A stretch of DNA of 64,000 bases from positions 41,046,001 to 41,110,000 of the forward strand of contig CM119371.1 of assembly GCA_051294905.1 (NCBI GenBank), given 5' to 3'. Positions 11,691 to 24,580 of this stretch are shown piece after piece. The stretch is from Botryllus schlosseri. Lineage: Eukaryota. Every line of letters starts with the position of its first letter. The stretch's first letter is position 1. Under the pieces are notes generated by a model. That model saw nothing but the letters and a program-made list of their open reading frames with translations, was not told the origin of the DNA and did no database searches. Made by a program: the position numbers and the translations under genes.

Positions 11691-14600
11691 TTTCTCTGAC
11701 TAAATTGATTCATCGTGCAGAACATGGGATTAACACGTAATAGAATATTCATTGCAATGTGTTTCCAGGGTTGTAACCGAGTCACAAGCCAATCTCACTT
11801 TTATAGTTTTCATTCGAGTCATTTTCTATTCAACACCGACTCAAAGTCATGGTGCATAGGGTCGAGTTCATTTCATAGTGTTGAGACTCGAGTTCGAGTC
11901 ATAGTCTTCAGTCTGTTCGGTCTCGAGTTCAAGTTTTGTTGCACTCAGGGTTGTAATGACTTTTGAGTCCCTAGTCATTTTCGTTAAAATGGAAAATGAC
12001 TCAGCTCGAGTCAACTTGCGTATTGACTTGAGTAATTTCGCATGACTCGACGAATCTGTATGACATATTCAAGTCTCGTATATCAGGACCGATAATTGAA
12101 AGATCGACCCAGTAACTGTCAAAAAACATGTAACTTAAGAGTACAGAAGTGAATGAACCCAATACTGAACAGTGAACTCTATGACTTGGACTCGGCCCGC
12201 TGCTACCTGACATGGCGGTGAATTGAAAATGGCTTGACTTGACTCGTGTCAAAACTATAAAAGTCAAATTGACTTGTGACTTGGTTACAACCCTGGCTGT
12301 ACTCACTTAACTCTTGTGTGACATCGTATGTCTCATTTTTCTAGATTTTAAAATGTTAATTTACACTGGTAAAACAAGAAAGGCTATCAAATTGTAGCAT
12401 TCGAAAAATGACTGCAGTAGAGTCATTACAAACCTGTAGGTTATATTTTGAAATATATTCATTTTGAATATAATATTTGTATGTTGAAATTCTGTAGGTA
12501 CCTCCAAGACTATCTTCATACATTTCTTTACATTCTTCCATGCTTTCTGATCGACTCTCGTCAGGAATCGTCAATACAAGCACAAACAAATTATTGCAAC
12601 TCCATAGTAAGGTATCAGCTGCAAAAATAACAACCCAGATTGGCATGACAACAATGAAACAAGTGAAGCATGGCGATTTATTGGTCAGCCAAATGCCGTT
12701 CATAATTTTCAAGCTTTTAAGAAATTTTTTGTGCCGACATATATTTGATTTAAGGCTTTTGATAAAATTGGCTTCCAACACAATTAGGCCTAGATGGAAT
12801 GTCGAGTGACATTTTAATGAAACGGAATATTGGTTATTGCCATAGTTTGCAAATCAAATTTTGTGACACATGATGTCCTCCGTGTTGGGAACAAGTCGAG
12901 TCACATATCAAGTCATTGCACATTTTGACTAAGTCAAAGAAGGTCACATTTTCGAAATACGAGCCACGATTCAATTCATTGGATTTGGCAAAATGATTGA
13001 GTGACAGATGGAGTCACTATTTAATCCGAAGGGCGTATTATCACTCACACATACCAAGTTCTAACTGCTAATCTACTTAAGTAATCTGCATCGGGTCAGA
13101 CTATAGTTCAGCCAAAATGGCGGATGGAATAAGAAACATAAAACGTTGGAACAAATTGACATGATGCAATGCAAATCCCACCCGCACATCCATTCCATCA
13201 AGTAAAAATCCAGCCTACACTAATTGTTACCGAGTAACATAAACCTCTAAACTATAAAATATCCATTCGATTGAAATCATACAAGGAATTCGTTAAGGAG
13301 CACTGAACAGTAGGGTTGCCCAACAAGAACTTTTTATTACGGGGGATTCACTAATTCAATTGTTTGGTTGCATAAAAATGAACGCCACACACAAAATTTG
13401 GCTCTACTCAAACTGTGAACGCAGAGGACTGAGAGGAGTATAAAATTTTGAATTTACTATAAAAAAAACGACAAAAAATTATAATTTTACTATCAACCCA
13501 AAGAAATTGTTGAGTTGTCTACAAAACCGATGGAAAACAAATTAGACGCAATTCCAACCCGTAGAAGCGATGTTATTTGAGTTTCTCATTCATAATTCTG
13601 GGAGTACCCACCGTCCAGGCTATTTTTGCGATTCAACCGAAATTGTGAAGTGCAATAACGTCGCTTTTACCAGTTGCAAGCCAGCAAAAATTGTTAAACA
13701 TCATTCTTTTAGACAACTTAATTCAATAACTTGAAATAGAGTCAAATTTGGTGTGCAGCATTTTTTTTTAATCAGTGAATCTCAGGAATCTGAAAAAGTA
13801 GGGCGTTAGCTATGGCACAAAATGTGAATGACAGCAAATATAACAATTACTAACACAGTCAGTTTTGTGTTATCAGTCCTTTACAACTCCTATACTTGGG
13901 ACAATATTCAAAAATACAGTAGCACAGGGTCTGTTGAACTTGAAACATATAGTAACCACTAAAACACACAATTCCTGACAATTCAATAGGAAAATAAGGC
14001 ACATCAAAATTTAATGGCGGACCCCCTCCAGTAGTTTCTCTGCAAAGCTTCAAGCACAATATAAAAAATCTTGGCAACCAATTGCAATACTTAACTACAG
14101 TGCAAATATAATCAACCGTCGCGTTAATGTTAGAGCTGGGAAAAATCGAATATCTGAGTGATTCGATTCTGAATAGAGTATTAGGCTTCGAGTCGAGTGT
14201 CACTCGGTATTACTTCACAACAGTATGAATGATGTGGTAAGTTCAAATATGTACCTTTTATGTAACCAGAAAGAATATAATACCAGTTCTACAGCACATT
14301 AAAATAATTTTCAAAGATAATGAATGAATTTAGTCAAAGTTAATGTTAGCTGCATATATTGTAGGCCGCCACTGTGTACCACTGGGCTCATTAGGCCAGG
14401 ACATGATTAATCAGCGCTTGTACATTAGGGCTCTTCAAAAATGACTTTTCTTCTCAAATCGTACTGGCTACTTGATAAAATTGTTAGGTTACCTAATTTA
14501 AGTCTACACACAAAATTTGGTCCAATTCCAGCCAGTAACCGCTTTGCTACAGGAGAAGTAAGTTTCAATTTATTATATAAAAATAAATAATAAAAAATTT

Positions 14601-15060
14601 GAAAATTTTCTGTGTACCCCATGAAAGTGTTAGGCTGTCTATCGAAACGATGCTCACCAAATTTGGTTGAATTCCAACCAGTGGAAGCGGAGTTATTGCC
14701 AACGAAAAATTTGGATTTGAATGAAATAGTATTTACGGTGACCGATTCTTGGTTTATTTATTATAGTTGTGCTCACAGTAAATACTATTCTATTCAAATC
14801 CAAATTTTTCGACGGCACAGGTAATTTATTGTTTTGATATTATAATTAATTTAGAGAATTACTAAGAGGCTAACAGCATTCCACAGTGAAATATAGTATT
14901 GAACCATCAATTTTCATTGATAAATTACCGTAACTCTTCAGGAGCATATAATTTCAGTACCCAAAAAAATCATCACCTCACCACTCGACCCGAATCATTG
15001 CAATTAACACTCGATTCAGATTCGAGCACTCAGATCATTTTACCCAGCTCTAGGCGAGAT

Positions 15061-16197
15061 TCAACTCAAATGCAGATATCCAGCTGTGAACGCAGTAAAT
15101 ATCTTCATCAGTCTGTGTACGGTGTAAAAGTCGATATTTTCACCGTTATCTGTGATCAAGTGCCAGTTTTGCGGAAACGGATAAGTGATCATATGAAGAA
15201 TGGGAACTCTCCTATGAAGAAAAGGGATGTGATCGTCTTGTATGTTGCCTCTCAACGGTGTAACTTGAAAATATTGTATGTTATCATTTAAAGCCTTTTC
15301 AATTCTGCTGATCTCTTTGTAATGCCTAGGAACATCGGTACCACTTTTTAGAATGAAACTAGGATTCTTTTCGCCGAGAAGGTCCAAAAGAACTAACAAA
15401 TCGATCGAATGCAGAGTGTTTTTATCGGAATTCACGCCCGTCGGCCATGATTCCGATTCCCATTTTTTCGCGAGTTCACGAGCCCCGTACAGTGAATCCT
15501 TCGCAGTCCAATCAACGATCGCTTCTTCTCCGTCGAAAAATATCAGCTGCAAGGTTAAATCTGAATGGGAACTCGACAGCATCTGATTGAGGGAATTAGC
15601 AATCTCCACTAACATAGCGCATGGTACGGCTGAATCGGTAGCGCCGAGAAAACCTTCGGGAGTCACTTTTGAATCATAATGACACGCTAGAACTAGACGC
15701 CTGCGTGCAACTGGATTTTTAGTGGCGATCACGTTTGTGAATGTGATCGGATATTTCGAATAACTCGCAGGCGGCATATCTTCGAACGAATGCTCCTCCA
15801 CACTCCATCCAAGCTCTTTCATCGTACGGGAAATGTAATTCTTCACCTTCGTGATATTCTCGGTGCCTGGCTTCCGTATTATCATGAAATTTGGTAGGAT
15901 ATCATTAGTCAGTCGATCCATATTTATGAGATTAAACAGTGATTTCATCTTTTTTCTGGATAAAGTCTGAGCATTCCATGTATGTTTTGCTTCGTGCCAA
16001 AGTACACCCTCAGTGGCCTGCGTTTCCGTTTCCTTCTGAGACAATGAGAAATAAAGGACAATAGCGATACATAGGAGTATCCCGAAAACAGCAAAGAATA
16101 TTCGGTGCTTGGGTCTTCTGGGAATCATCGATCCCATATTTTGAAATTCGGTGCTGCTATTTTTAGAAACTTGCGTTTTACCGCGATGCCTGGCCAT
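15061..16197 (-). CDS. QPCT: Glutaminyl-peptide cyclotransferase (M28 family), type II membrane-anchored isoQC/QPCTL-like, single coding exon
   Basis: 378-aa ORF with LACHYDSK, GATDSAVPCAM, LIFFDGEEA, DSLYGAR, LLDLLG, IQDDHIPF and PFPQNWH motifs. Basic N-tail followed by hydrophobic IFFAVFGILLCIAIVLYFSL. Confidence 0.93.
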   Translation of the reverse strand: MARHRGKTQVSKNSSTEFQNMGSMIPRRPKHRIFFAVFGILLCIAIVLYFSLSQKETETQATEGVLWHEAKHTWNAQTLSRKKMKSLFNLINMDRLTNDILPNFMIIRKPGTENITKVKNYISRTMKELGWSVEEHSFEDMPPASYSKYPITFTNVIATKNPVARRRLVLACHYDSKVTPEGFLGATDSAVPCAMLVEIANSLNQMLSSSHSDLTLQLIFFDGEEAIVDWTAKDSLYGARELAKKWESESWPTGVNSDKNTLHSIDLLVLLDLLGEKNPSFILKSGTDVPRHYKEISRIEKALNDNIQYFQVTPLRGNIQDDHIPFLHRRVPILHMITYPFPQNWHLITDNGENIDFYTVHRLMKIFTAFTAGYLHLS

Positions 16198-17014
16198 AGG
16201 TTTGTTGGTAATTTCTAATTAGTTCACTGAAAACAACGTACAAGTTTCGTTGATATTGTATCACTGCAGCATCACAATAATTAATTTACTTCCAAGTAAT
16301 TTGTGTCGAATTGCACTCTAATCATAGGCGATTGGCATACGATACAATAAATACACACAGTTGATTGAGCTCTCTAGTACGGCTTGGCAAAATCAGAATT
16401 AGAGAGAGAGAGAGAATTTATTCGGATCCATGAACATTGATAATACATAGATAGATAAATACAAAGCAACAATTCAGAACCAGCGAAGGGATCGGGAGAT
16501 CATCGAGTCAGCCACTGCCAGGCTATGATAATGCTGTAATGCAGTGATTCCCAAAAGTCTGTGTGCCGCCACAGGTGTGGCACGAACATTGTCAGATTTT
16601 AGGATAAGAACTATAGGCTAATATTAATATCTATTTTGAAAAAGGCCTGGAGACTATAGAACATGCAACTTAAAGGCGCTTTACCTTATTCAACAGCTAA
16701 TAAATAAGCACATGTGACAATGAAACCAATTATGGCATCGTAATAAATCAAGAATAACAGCTATATAAATTGTAATTGGAATTACCCACTAAAAAATTTC
16801 TGCAAAATAAACTAGGCGACAGCTTATTCTTTCTAAAGAAACTGTTGCCTATTTTCCTGGTAGCACTTGCTACACATCTGCAATGAGCTGAAACAAGTCG
16901 TCATTAGACCAACGTACATGTGGATATTTTTGACATCCGAATGTGCCATTAACGATTTCCGATTCACATTATATTTTTGATATACAATTAAATAGTATAT
17001 TCATATTGAAATGA

Positions 17015-17048
17015 ACCCGAATATTTTCGGCTGACACTCGTCAGGGGT
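17015..17048 (-). ncRNA. Minimal hammerhead motif, family 1 (inverted twin)
   Basis: Exact reverse complement of 17132-17165. Confidence 0.75.
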
Positions 17049-17131
17049 AATCGTCAGCAACTAGTAGAGAATTGGAAAGAACATTGTATATCTTTCCAAT
17101 CTTTCCAATTCTCTACTAGTTGCTGACGATT

Positions 17132-17165
17132 ACCCCTGACGAGTGTCAGCCGAAAATATTCGGGT
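17132..17165 (+). ncRNA. Minimal type I hammerhead ribozyme motif (Penelope-like pLTR), family 1
   Basis: ACCC-CTGACGA-G(tgtcagc)C-GAA-AATATT-C-GGGT: intact CUGANGA/GAAA/UH core, 4-bp stem I, 1-bp stem II, palindromic stem III. Confidence 0.75.
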
Positions 17166-18721
17166 TCATTTCAATATGAATATACTATTTAATTGTATAT
17201 TGAAGTTCTGTACCTCCACGAAGCTCTTCAATTATATTTTTGCAAGAGTCATATGGAGTGTTGACAACTCGGCGCAGATACACCTCCGCCACGCCTATCG
17301 ACGATCAATGAAGCCGAACCCTATGCCGCGTAATTCAATTTAATTTATCGCTAAAAATTTGATCATTTCAATACACCACAACCACAAGATTGCGATACGA
17401 TGAAAGATAGGACGGTGTAGAAACGACTTGGAATAGTCCTCGAAATCAAACACCCACCTGGCCTAGGCGATGTAAAAATGCTATTAAAATACTGTGGTAT
17501 AATGTGGTTAGTTGGTTACAATACTCAACCCATTTATTACTTGGTAACAATTTTCTTGGTGCCCAGTTTCTATTGGTTAATTAGTTGCAGTTACTGTGAA
17601 TGCCGGCTTCCTAGTTTCTTGATATTGTTTTATATTTCATCATTCGGCTAGTGTTGTGTTGTTTCGTTCTGTTCAGGCGCAGAAAGCGCGGACTTATATG
17701 TTGCAACAATTATCCATGGTAGAGCTGACTTGCTGATCTCCTCTTCGCTACAGGAGGGTTCCACATCAGCATAAAGTTTACTCCATTTTCTATTCATGCA
17801 TGTTTCTGTCGAACAGAATAACCGATTCTCTCTATCTTTCTCTAATGCAACCGAAATTAGTAATTAATTAAGCATGCATGAGAGAACAACAGATCACATT
17901 TGGGTTATTTGGTCTGGCTGCAGTGCTAGGGGACTGCAGAAAGCGCGGAAATAGATAGCGCCGAGGAGGCCAGGTAGTGTTTAATGGTCAGTGATCGAAT
18001 TTTCACCTCTAACGTACTTCATAACTTCATTCCTGGACTTTTTACGACTATTCCGTGCTGATTTTAGGCAAGGTAGTGTGTATCAGGGTTGGGTAGCATG
18101 GGAAGGGGGATATTCGGGCTGGGTAGCATGGGAAGGGTTCAAGGGGGACATTAGGGTTGAAGGTGGGTTAGGGTATCCCAAGATTAGGGTTGGGGGTGAT
18201 GGATATTAGGGTTGGTAGGGGGATATTAGGATGGGGGAAGGGAGGGCCCAGTGTGCATATATTTTCTAGTACCCTGCTTATGATAATGAACTCTGATTTG
18301 ACAGGAGCTGATGCAGACTTTGATCTTAGTTGTATTTCTTCCTAATCCGAATTTAATTCAATTTCAAAGTTTCCGCGAGTTTATTAATTCTAATTCTAAT
18401 TAAAAGTTTCTTGGGGTACAGAATTTCAATATACATTTAAATAGTATATTCATATTGACCGGGTTGCAATCCCGGTACGTTTAGCGTAATATCTTTGGTG
18501 TGCCAAGACGGTTCTCAGCGTCACACCTGGTGTGTAGTCAGTAGAATCTTTGGTGTGCACGAGACACCGATTCCATATTGGCATATTGAAATGAACCTGA
18601 ATTTTTTTACCGACACTTGTCAGGGCTAATCGTTAGCAAGTATGATAGAGAATTGGAAAGAACATTGTATATCAACAATCGTATCACAAAATATGACGTC
18701 AGCGGGATTAAATTTTGAATA

Positions 18722-21129
18722 CCGTAATTTTCCATGTGTAATACGCCCTCATGTAGGCTATAATAGGACCCAATGGCTTGTAGATTCTGGGGCAAAGTCT
18801 GTATACTCGTATACTTGCAGTACATGCGTAATTGTCGATTATACAAGTTTCTTGTGTTGACGAACTTGTTCGTGTGATGAGTTACGACGGTTATGTTTTA
18901 GTATTATTGGAAATCGATTAAACGATTGTAGACAGAAGCCATCGAGGACCGAGAGGCGATAGTTCGGCCCGTCAGCGATATCATGCTCACCAGACCTATT
19001 GTAGAAGAAATTGTTCAGGCCAGTGTAACCAGGCCTGTTGCAGATGCGGCTGTTTAGGCCAGTGATGATATCCTGCACACCTGGCCTGTTGTTGACGAGA
19101 TGGTTGCCAGTGAACTCGGCCCTTGACGAACTCGGCCTATTGAACTCGGCCCATGAGCCATGACGAAATCGGCCTATGACGAACTCGGCCCGTGGGGAAT
19201 TTCTTAGTATTAATGATTATAAACGTCGTAAATTGTATTATTTGTCATAGAAAATGGTTAATTTGGGAGCGATGGACATGTCGTACGAATGCTGGGGGGA
19301 GGGCAGTATTGCAGTTCTCGGAATTGGAAATTTTACTTGCCGCTGTCGAGATTGCCAGTGAACTCGGCCCATGATGAACTCGGCCCATGACGAACTCGGC
19401 CTGATGACGAACGTCACCGACGAGATAAATCGAACTAGCAAGGATTGTGCGCTCGTGCGGCAATCAATGGCCTAATGTCGCTCGCGTACAAATGGCAAAG
19501 TAACTCAGCGGGAGCTTGCGAGCTGTCCGGCAGAGCAGACGAATCGCGATAAATGGCATAGCCCAACACTGATAATACAAATCACTAGGCCGAATGATGG
19601 ACTGTGATGCGTGATTGACAAAAACATGAACACTACAAAAAATAATTAGACAAGTTTGGTCTGAAATCGATTTTTTAGCAGAAAAAGTCTTAAAGACAAA
19701 TTAGTCTTACCAAGTAATTTCTGTCTCAAATCGATTTTTTAGCAAAAAAAGTCTTAAAGACAAATTAGTCTTACCAAGTACTTTCTGTCTTAAAAGTAAG
19801 ACCGGAATTGATCGAAAACAGTAGGGGTGCTTTGGGGGCATCCTTTTCAATGCTAGGGTCTGAGCGAAGGGGAAGCATGAGAGAGACCAGAATTTGCAGT
19901 GTTGGGATGATACTGTACTAAGGAGTTCACACGATATTCACTAGATATAGTTATCAAGGTACATGCCACTTACTACTCACATGTACTATTCAGATCAATA
20001 TATATATGGTTGTCTGAGTCGAAAATAGCATTTATGGTGAGTGGGTAAAATGAGACCAAAAATACTGCACAATTCGTCTTGAAAACAAGACCAAAAAAAC
20101 TGAAGCATTAAAAATTATCTCGATAAACTAGCTGTGTCTGTGAAGTCCTTAGATAAGTATTGTCCCATGGTCTCTCTCACTCCCCCCCTTCACTCACAAC
20201 CTAACATTGAAAAGGATGCCTCCAAAGCAGTGCTTCTATTATCGATCAAGTTGGGTCTTACTTTTGAGATGGAAAGTACTTGGTAACACTAATTGGTCTT
20301 CAAGACTTTTTTTTCTAAAAACCGATTTGAGACAGAATGTAGGCCTACTTGGTAAGACTAATTGGTTTTGAGACTTATTTTTCTAAAAAATCGATTTGAG
20401 ACCAAATTTGTCTAATTTTATGCTCTTGGTCCATGTCAACTTTCCGGTCTCATTTTCAAGACCACAAACCATGTTGTTTCTTGATTAGCGAAATCCGACT
20501 TAAAAACAAGACCAAAAATACTGACACATCAAAAACTGTCTCAAATAGCCAGTTATGTCTTATGCTCTTGGCCCATGTCAACTTTCCGGTCTCATTTTTA
20601 AGATCACAAATCATGTCATTTCTTGATTAGTGAAATTTGTCTTAGAAAAAAGACAAAAAATACTGACACATCAAAAACTGTTTCAATAAGCTTGTTATGT
20701 CTTAGAGCTCCTGACCCATGTCAACTTTCCGGTCTCATTTTTAAGACCACAAATCATGTTGTTACTTGATTAGCGAAATTTGTCTTAAAAACAAGACCAA
20801 AAATACTAACACATCAAAAACTGTCTTAATAAGCACAATATGTCTTATGAGATGCTTTTTATTGGTCTCATTTTTAAGACCAAATAATTGTGACAATTAT
20901 ATATGGTCTTAAACAGCTGAATCAGTCTCAATTTTAAGACCTCAATTCATCAGTGAGACTGAAATTGCTGAAAATGAGACCAAATCATCCTCATTTCTTA
21001 AATTTGAGACCAAATTTGTCTAATTTTTTTTGTAGTGAAGAACGGTGCGTTGTGATTTCTAGTTCTTTTTCAAGGGAGATTTTTTTCAAGAATTCTTTTC
21101 CCATGTGCATTATGCATTGATAATTACGG
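18722..21129. mobile_element. Tc1/mariner-pogo type non-autonomous element (TA-CCGTAATTTTCC ends) carrying nested insertions
   Basis: Ends CCGTAATT...AATTACGG. Same family at 45172-45988, ~27470-27798, ~32680-33335. Confidence 0.65.
19631..21037. mobile_element. CACTA/EnSpm non-autonomous element
   Basis: TIR CACTACAAAAAA...TTTTTTGTAGTG; 2-bp AA duplication relative to the empty site seen at 27661. Subterminal AGAC/GTCT repeats, three ~142-bp tandem units (20418-20850), internal inverted repeat. Confidence 0.85.
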
Positions 21130-22452
21130 TGGTCAGGACGAAGAGAGTGTGAAGATTCCTGTATAAAATTTCGAATAATCGGGAGCTTGAGCGCTCTCAC
21201 TGATAATTCGGAATTTCATGCTTGTGACGTCATATTTTGTGATACGATTGTTGGTATACAATGTTCTCTCCAATTCTTTACTAGTTGATGACGAGGGTCA
21301 GCCGAAAAAATTCAGGTTCATTGCAATATGAAAAAAACTGATTTTAGTAATTCTAATTCTGAAGTGGAAAATATTTCTAGTTGTTCAACTCTGATGGATT
21401 CATTTATTTTGTGACATCAGTGAAATTTCAGTACAGATTGAAGTGACTATAAGAGAAGCGGTGAGGACTCGTAGCTTAGACAGTAGAAACAGTACCCATT
21501 GTGCAGTGAAATCAATTGAATCTATGTTGGCCTACTATGATGTTTCAAACTGTTTGGAGAAGTTTGATAGTGCAACTTTTTCTATTTTTCATGCACATTT
21601 TTACTGCAAGTTTATTCAGGTAATGCGCAAAATGGAAAGGAATGATTTAAAAAAACATGCTATAAACTATTTTCATTGTGGTTCTATTCTCTTTGATCTG
21701 CATAACAAATAGCTATGCTACGGACCAGCTGCATCGCAATGTTACCTATGACGCAATGACTGGCACGAACAATATGTAAATAGATCGGCTCATTGATACT
21801 GTAGTTTGAATTTGAGGTAGTTAACTATTTCACGGCTGCCCAGGAGAGACCACCAAAATTACATTTTTAGCGGAAAACCTTTTCAGGCAATTGATTTTGT
21901 TGAACTCGCCAAAGCAAATTTTTATGCAATGCCTTGGGTCAAGTTTGCAAACCCAAGGTTTTTTCCGTGTGGAATTTGACTTGTTTTAAGGGAGAGGGGA
22001 TTGTTTTTAGGGAGAGGGGAAGAGGGTTATCGTTATGCTGTTTGAGAAAGATATCTCCGCAGGATAAACCTTAAGAACATAGAATATATATAGCGACTTT
22101 TCAATTAGAGTAAAATGAAAAGGGCAAAAGAAAACAGGAAACAAAAAAAACATCAAGATAATCAGTTTTAGGCTCGTATTAAGCGTCTCCAACGTAGATG
22201 AAAATAGGTCAACATAGAAGTGTATACATGATCGTGATCGATTGAATATAGTGAGGAAAGAAGCAGAACAAGTAGTCACCCTGCAATTCTTGAAGTGTTA
22301 GGTTATACATCGAAACCTTTCGACTATCTCACAGCTTAATAATTTAATAAGGATTTTAGATGCAACTTTTGTTGAAAGTCAAGTTGCCCTAGTCATAAGA
22401 TTTGTTTGGTATTTCGTTTCTCGGGAAATCTGTAACCCTGCTCTGTATAGAC

Positions 22453-23821
22453 CAGTGGTTCCCAACGTGGGCGATATCGCCCCCCAGGGGGCGATTTGGC
22501 GGTCTAGGGGGGCGAAAATAACGAAGGGGGCGAAAACGGACGAAGGGGGCGATAGGGGGCGAAAACAACAAAGGGGGCGATAGGGGGGCGATTGCGCGTT
22601 AAAACGGCTATATTGGAGTCAGGACCGTAACTGCCGCACCCAAAACCCTCAATTGGGGTCCGAACTCGAAGGGGGCCCAAAATTATTTCGTGAATTAACA
22701 TAAATTATGGAGTATTAATTAGAAATTCATGCAACTATTTAAAAAAAATTGTCATATCAAATATTGTCATTGATTTCGGGGTACCCTTCCCCCAACAAAA
22801 ATACGCATGATTTAAGGAAATGGAGACTTCGGCGTCGGCCATTGCTGCGCCGCGACGCACCAATGCATATGAAGTTATAGGCCATGTAACATGTAACATG
22901 CAACTCCGAGAAGTGTGCCATAACGATAAGCAGCGAGACGACCTTGGGCGAAAAGGAATGCCCTTGCGCTGACCGAAAACTTCGATATACATATATGTTG
23001 AATTGTCCTTAGGCGCCTCAGTGGCTGGCGTCGAATGTTCCTGTCGTGGCGGTCTGAACCCTACAAGACCAATGCCACCCCGCAGGGAAAAATTATATGC
23101 CACTAAAGAAACTCCCATTTGAAACAATATGCGTATTTTAGTTTGGTACGTTTTGGTGATACCCATATCTTTTGACATAGCAGATATAGGAGGTCACGAA
23201 CTAGCATCATGTAACGAAGTCAATATAACAAAGTGTCCACCCGAAGATGTTTAATTATTATTTAGGGTTACTACCTTTTCCAACAAACCACACTCAGCTC
23301 TACCGATAAATTTGATTACTTGAGCAGAGAGAGCATAAAAAATTGATGGAGATATATATGCAATTCACGACCATATTGACCGATTGAAGCATGAATTATA
23401 TAAATTTGTCGCGTTTCGAGCGTTCAGGCGAAGTACGGTGACTCACCAGACAGTACATGAAATAGGGTATAGCTTATATGTAGCGAAAAAAAGCCCACTG
23501 GTTGAGTGGGTCTAGGGTTTGGTTTATCACTCTATCAGGGCCCAAGACCAACGTTTTTTTGGGGGGGGGCTGACGAAGTGCTGTTACGGTCCTGATGGGA
23601 GTCAAGTCGAAGAAATGACCTTTTTTTTAGTAAATTCACGAACATTTAGCTGTAGAAGTGTGATTTCGAGGTAGAGCCGAAAAGTTGACCTTTTTCAATT
23701 AGTCAACTCGCCGGTGATCCCAGATTGTATATCCATTTTTTGGTTCCCAATATTTGGGGGGCGATGATCGGCGTGGAGCTTCAAAAGGGGGCGATGAGAC
23801 GAAAAAGGTTGGGAACCACTG
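22453..23821. mobile_element. hAT (Buster/Charlie-like) MITE with nested hAT at 22620-23594
   Basis: TIR CAGTGGTTCCCAAC, perfect TSD GTATAGAC. Inner TIR CAGGACCGTAAC, TSD ATTGGAGT/ATGGGAGT. Confidence 0.9.
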
Positions 23822-23896
23822 GTATAGACAAACATCGCAGAGAGAGAGAGAGTTGGTGTCAGACTTCTGGAATCACCCCCTCGCACAATGATTAGA

Positions 23897-24243
23897 CAGT
23901 GGTTCCCAACCTTTTTCGACCCATCGCCCCCTTTTCAAGGTCAACACCGATCATCGCCCCCCAAATTTTGTGTACCGAAAATTGGGCATACAAACTGTAA
24001 TCACCGGTGGGTTGACTAAAAAAAAAAGGTCAAATTTTCGGCTCGACGTCTAATTAGACATACTTTTGTAACTAAATTTCCGTGGGTTGACTAAAAATAA
24101 AGGTCAGCCGTTTTGACACGCCATCGTCCCCTTTGCTATTTTCGCCACCCGTCGCCCCCTTTGTCCATTTTCGCCCCCCTGTCGCCCCCCTAGACCGCCA
24201 AATCGCCCCCTGGGGGCGATATCGCCCACGTTGGGAACCACTG
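23897..24243. mobile_element. Inverted second copy of the CAGTGGTTCCCAAC MITE
   Basis: Same TIRs and internal sequence in opposite orientation; flanked by GATTAGA repeats. Confidence 0.9.
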
Positions 24244-24580
24244 GATTAGAGTATTGTACTGCTATGATTCGAGTAATTGGGGATGGGGACAATTTTTTAC
24301 GTACTGAAATGAGTGAAATCGTATGCCGCTTTCTCTACTAGTTGCTGACGATTACCTATGACGAGTGTCAGCCGAAAATATTCAGGTTCATTTCAATATG
24401 AATATACTATACAATTATGGCTTCGTATGGAAGCATGTATAGCATTGGCGACTGAGGTTATTGCAAAGTTATACCTTGAATACACTGCAATGAAAATAGG
24501 TCAAATGTTATGGCATAGTTACACCGACATTTATTGCCTCTCTAAGCCGAACAGCGCAATAGTGAGACTATCGTCTAGTA

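Larger units (their letters stand above)
16980..17200. repeat. Perfect palindrome, 101-bp arms, 19-nt spacer
   Basis: 16980-17080 is the exact reverse complement of 17100-17200. Confidence 0.95.

Noticed and set aside
12535..12570. CTGACGA...GAAA on - strand
   Set aside because: Stem II does not close and the cleavage position would be G; probably chance.
12356..12781. 141-aa hydrophobic ORF, vaguely TM6-like
   Set aside because: Start codon is not ATG, no diagnostic motif or splice support; not called.
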